Below the pieces are notes generated by a model. It saw nothing but the letters and a program-made list of their open reading frames with translations, searched no databases and was not told the origin of the DNA. A stretch of DNA of 64,000 nucleotides, from positions 10,850,001 to 10,914,000 of the forward strand of contig CM060731.1 in assembly GCA_030704615.1 (NCBI GenBank), written 5' to 3'. Shown piece after piece: positions 62,641 to 64,000 of this stretch (positions are counted from its first letter, which is position 1; every line of letters begins with the position of its first letter). The position numbers and the translations under genes are program-made. The DNA comes from Takakia lepidozioides (Eukaryota; Plantae; Bryophyta).

Positions 62641-64000
62641 CTGAATTCTGGCTTGTTGCACTATCTTCTTTCTTTGTCTGTGCATATGTTTGTGTGGGTG
62701 GGGGTTCACCAAGGTGTGGGACTGCATGCAGGTATGCTGGAGGCTATGGATGGCGTGTGTGCGTGGGGCGTGGGGTGTGGGTATCTCTGATCTGTGGTGG
62801 GTATGGGTTCTTCTCAGGTTGGGGGGTTGTGTGTGTCCATGTTGGTTGATGGGCAGTGGGGGTCATAGGGGGCTGGTGGTGACGGTTCAATGGCAGTGGA
62901 GGGGTGTGGGGATCATGCTGCTGCTGGTTGATGGGCAGTTTTGGGAGTGGGGGGGTCATGGGGGTCTGCTGCTTGCTCATTGTGGGCTGTTTTGGTGATG
63001 GGGGAAGGGCTGGTGATGGTTCACAGGCTGTGGGGGTGAAGGGGATCTGCTGCTACTGGTTGAGGGGCTGTGGAGGTGATGGGGGTCCTTCAGTGTTGGC
63101 GTGCGTGCGTTGTGTTTGGGTGGTTTCACAGTTCTGGGGGGGGGGGCAGCAGTCATGCTTGCTGGTTGTGGTTTTGGGGGTGCTGCTTGCTACTTGGGAG
63201 AGCGGAAACTGTCTGCACACTGGGCAGATCGGGGGGTTCAACTCCCCCCCAGTTCGTGGATCATGTCTTCGGGGTGGTGTGTGGTTTGGGTTCGCTACAT
63301 TCAAAAGAAAAGCAGGAGCTCACGGGGAGCTTGAACACAGATGGGCCACATTCATGACGGTTGGTAGTTGTTAGTTTTTCAGTTGCCTGTCGGGTGGAAC
63401 TCCGAAACGTCGGGCGTTCCCGGGCCCTTTTTTGGGTGTCGATTTTGGGGTCCCCCGAGTTTTGTGTGTCAATCGGTGACGTAGCCCCCTTTCTGTAGCC
63501 GGAATTGTCTACCGGCTCAGGCAATACATTACCTGAGCTGGGATTCAAGTAGAAATACACCTACTTACAAATCTCTGCCTGCATTTTGGTTAGAATTCAG
63601 AAATTCTTTTTGGAGGTAGTAGGAAATCATAGGAGGAACAATTCCACCGTTGGAATTCTGGTTCCAATGAAAATTTTGACCCCTATGGCTGAATTACAGG
63701 TCAATTGAAGCAAATAGTGCTTTTTGACCCCCCTGTTTTCCCATACAAAGGAGCCCTATGCAGATTTTGGAATTGTGCTTTGCAAATTTGGGGCAAGTTG
63801 CTTTAGGTGCCTGAGAATGGTTGGGGTCTTGGACCGAAAAAATATTTTTTCGGTCCAACTGCCTGGTCAAACCAATTTTTCCCTCTAAAATTGGAATACA
63901 CTACAGATTTAGAGCTTACCATTTTGTTATTATCTTCCTAATGACACGGTGAAATGGGCTGAAAGTCTTACAGCAGGTGCATGAGGTAGGTAGCGTCCTT

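Noticed and set aside
62637-63560. Several overlapping ORFs
   Set aside because: Low-complexity G/T-rich sequence depleted of stop codons.

Overview
Nuclear DNA of a non-seed land plant: spliceosomal genes, PLS-PPR/DYW remnants and a plastid insertion with apparently unedited codons suggest a bryophyte, lycophyte or fern with heavy organellar C-to-U editing (lineage is inferred). Two genes look intact: plastid glucose-6-phosphate isomerase (14 exons, +) and a p47-like UBA-SEP-UBX protein (5 exons, -). A 16-exon bacterial-type acetolactate synthase with no transit peptide carries two lesions. The rest is decayed and rearranged: a PLS-PPR-E-DYW pseudogene fused to OSB-type PDF ssDNA-binding motifs, a Ty3/gypsy element with a duplicated C5 DNA methyltransferase domain upstream of RT, a 6 x 197-bp PPR-derived array, a chromovirus inserted into a Crypton-like tyrosine recombinase and broken by inversions, a piggyBac-like element, SINEs, MITEs, CACTA remains and gene fragments (GH3, SDN, mitochondrial rpl14, tRNA-Leu). 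The strongest candidates for an under-described system are the PDF-PPR-DYW fusion and the methyltransferase-carrying retrotransposon. All calls come from reading motifs by eye; no searches were run.
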